This document shows positions 36,512-37,896 of a stretch of 37,896 nucleotides of DNA, one piece after another (position 1 is the stretch's first letter; every line of letters begins with the position of its first letter). A model generated the notes under the pieces. The model saw nothing but the letters and a program-made list of their open reading frames with translations. It ran no database searches and was not told the origin of the DNA. The stretch comes from Rubrobacter sp. Lineage in GTDB: Bacteria > Actinomycetota > Rubrobacteria > Rubrobacterales > Rubrobacteraceae. The translations under genes and the position numbers were made by a program. Where the stretch lies: NCBI GenBank assembly GCA_036280905.1, contig DASUPX010000144.1:1-37896 (forward strand), in the 5' to 3' direction.

Positions 36512-36915
36512 GCACGGGCGGGTCTGCCGGTACCTTCGACCTGCTAGAGGGCCAGCGCTTCGTGCGCCTGACCACGTTCCGCAGGAGCGGTGAGGGCGTT
36601 CCGACCACGGTCTGGTTCGCGCTCGTGGATGGTAGGGCCTACGTGTTCACGGCCGCGAACTCGGGCAAAGCCAAACGCATCCGCAACCACCCCCGCGTGA
36701 CCCTGACCCCGAGCAACTTCAGGGGCAAGCCCAGGATGGCAATCAGCATCGAGGCGGAGGCGCGCATCATGGAAAAAGGCGAGGAGGAGATGCCCGACCG
36801 GGCCATAGACCGGAAGTACGGCTGGCAATACAGGCTCTTCAATCGTATCCTCCAGCTACCCAGAAACCCCCCGGAACACGTGTTCCTGGAGTTGCGCGCC
36901 GTCGAAAGCTCGTAA
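36508..36915 (+). CDS. PPOX-class F420-dependent oxidoreductase
   Basis: LTTFRRSG..VPTTVWF, SGKAKRIRNHPRV, KYG. ATGA overlap with the rfbC stop. Confidence 0.88.
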   Translation: MSTGGSAGTFDLLEGQRFVRLTTFRRSGEGVPTTVWFALVDGRAYVFTAANSGKAKRIRNHPRVTLTPSNFRGKPRMAISIEAEARIMEKGEEEMPDRAIDRKYGWQYRLFNRILQLPRNPPEHVFLELRAVESS

Positions 36916-36993
36916 AAGGCTAGTCTCGTAGCCCCGGGATCCCGGCGGTTCGGGGATCTAATTCCGTGGGGGGACGGCGAGAAGGAGCAAGAG

Positions 36994-37896
36994 GTGAGGC
37001 ATCGCGAGGGCTCTTCGTGGAGGGAGAGTATCGGCCCGCAGGTCAGGGTGCGCACACGATTGCGCTCCGGCTTGCTCAACCTGCGGGGTGGTTGGCTGCA
37101 GATTCTCCAGACCGCCCTGGCGGCCTGCGCGGCGTGGTTTCTCGCGGTGCTCATCCTCGACGTTGACAGGCCTACCTTTGCCCCCATAGCGGCTGTGATC
37201 TGCCTCGGCCTCGCGGTGGAAGAGCGGGCCCGCCGGGCGATCGAGCTCACCTTCGGGGTGGCGTTCGGCGTCGCCCTCGCCGATATCCTGGTCTCGGTCG
37301 TCGGGGTAGGGGCCCTGCAGGCCGGCCTCGTCGTGGTCCTGGCCATGGCCGTGGCCGTGTTCCTCGGACGCGAAGAGATCGGCGTCAAGGAGGCCGCCAT
37401 CTCGGCGATGATCATCCTCATAACCTTCCACGCCCCGGACACTGGCATCCCGCTCGAGCGCTTTCTGGAGGCCCTGATCGGGGGTGCTACAGCCCTCATG
37501 ATCAACGCCTTGTTGCCGGTCGACCCGGAGCGCCTGGTGGAGGAGGCGGCCCACCCGCTCTTCGACCAGTCGGTGGCCGTGTTGGAGGAGGTGGCGGCAG
37601 CCCTGGACAGCGGCGACGCCGAGCGAGCCCAGAACGCCTACCTGAGGGCCCGCGAGATCGACGCCAGGGTGAGCGGGCTGAAGGAGGCCGTCGCGGCGGG
37701 CAGGGAGACCGCCCGCCTCGCCCCGCCCCGACGCAAGAGCCTGGGCCACCTAGAGCTCTACGCCGGGGCCGCCGACCAGATCGACCTGACGGTCCGCGAC
37801 GTGCGTGCCCTCGCCCGGGCCGCCCTCAGCGTGGTGCAGCCGAACGAAGGCTCCCCAGAACCGCTCTCGGAGGCGGTACGCGGCCTGGCAACGGCA
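36994..37896 (+). CDS. FUSC / aromatic acid exporter family membrane protein (runs off window)
   Basis: Manual translation from GTG 36994 (follows AAGGAG): ...ILQTALAACAAWFLA...PTFAPIAAVICLG...RRAIELTFGV...ERFLEALIGG, open to the window end. Confidence 0.8.
   Translation, partial: MRHREGSSWRESIGPQVRVRTRLRSGLLNLRGGWLQILQTALAACAAWFLAVLILDVDRPTFAPIAAVICLGLAVEERARRAIELTFGVAFGVALADILVSVVGVGALQAGLVVVLAMAVAVFLGREEIGVKEAAISAMIILITFHAPDTGIPLERFLEALIGGATALMINALLPVDPERLVEEAAHPLFDQSVAVLEEVAAALDSGDAERAQNAYLRAREIDARVSGLKEAVAAGRETARLAPPRRKSLGHLELYAGAADQIDLTVRDVRALARAALSVVQPNEGSPEPLSEAVRGLATA

Overview
High-GC bacterial window. Gene content and style suggest a Rubrobacter-like actinobacterium (inference, no search run). 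In order it holds: a truncated membrane protein gene and two hypothetical genes; four calcineurin-like metallophosphoesterase-fold genes around a divergent DUF62 SAM hydrolase-family gene; a GT-C-type membrane glycosyltransferase; a coupled pair of paralogous SPFH proteins; a diaminopropionate ammonia-lyase; a branched-chain amino acid cluster (ilvB, ilvN-like, ilvC, ilvE, leuA, an HExxH ORF, leuB, cimA); two large secreted modular surface proteins with a shared C-terminus, downstream of an AraC regulator; an acetamidase pseudogene; a small ORF; DoxX; thrC-thrB; rfbB-rfbA-rfbC without rfbD, followed by a PPOX/F420 enzyme; and a truncated FUSC-family gene. The strongest non-obvious signal is a pair of apparently homologous leader-peptide attenuators upstream of ilvB and leuA. 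They share a 17/18-nt core encoding S-A-L-R-L with rare codons (CTA-CGA-CTA), the same 13-codon spacing to the stop, and the same alternative RNA pairing layout. No rRNA, tRNA, CRISPR array or transposase was recognised.
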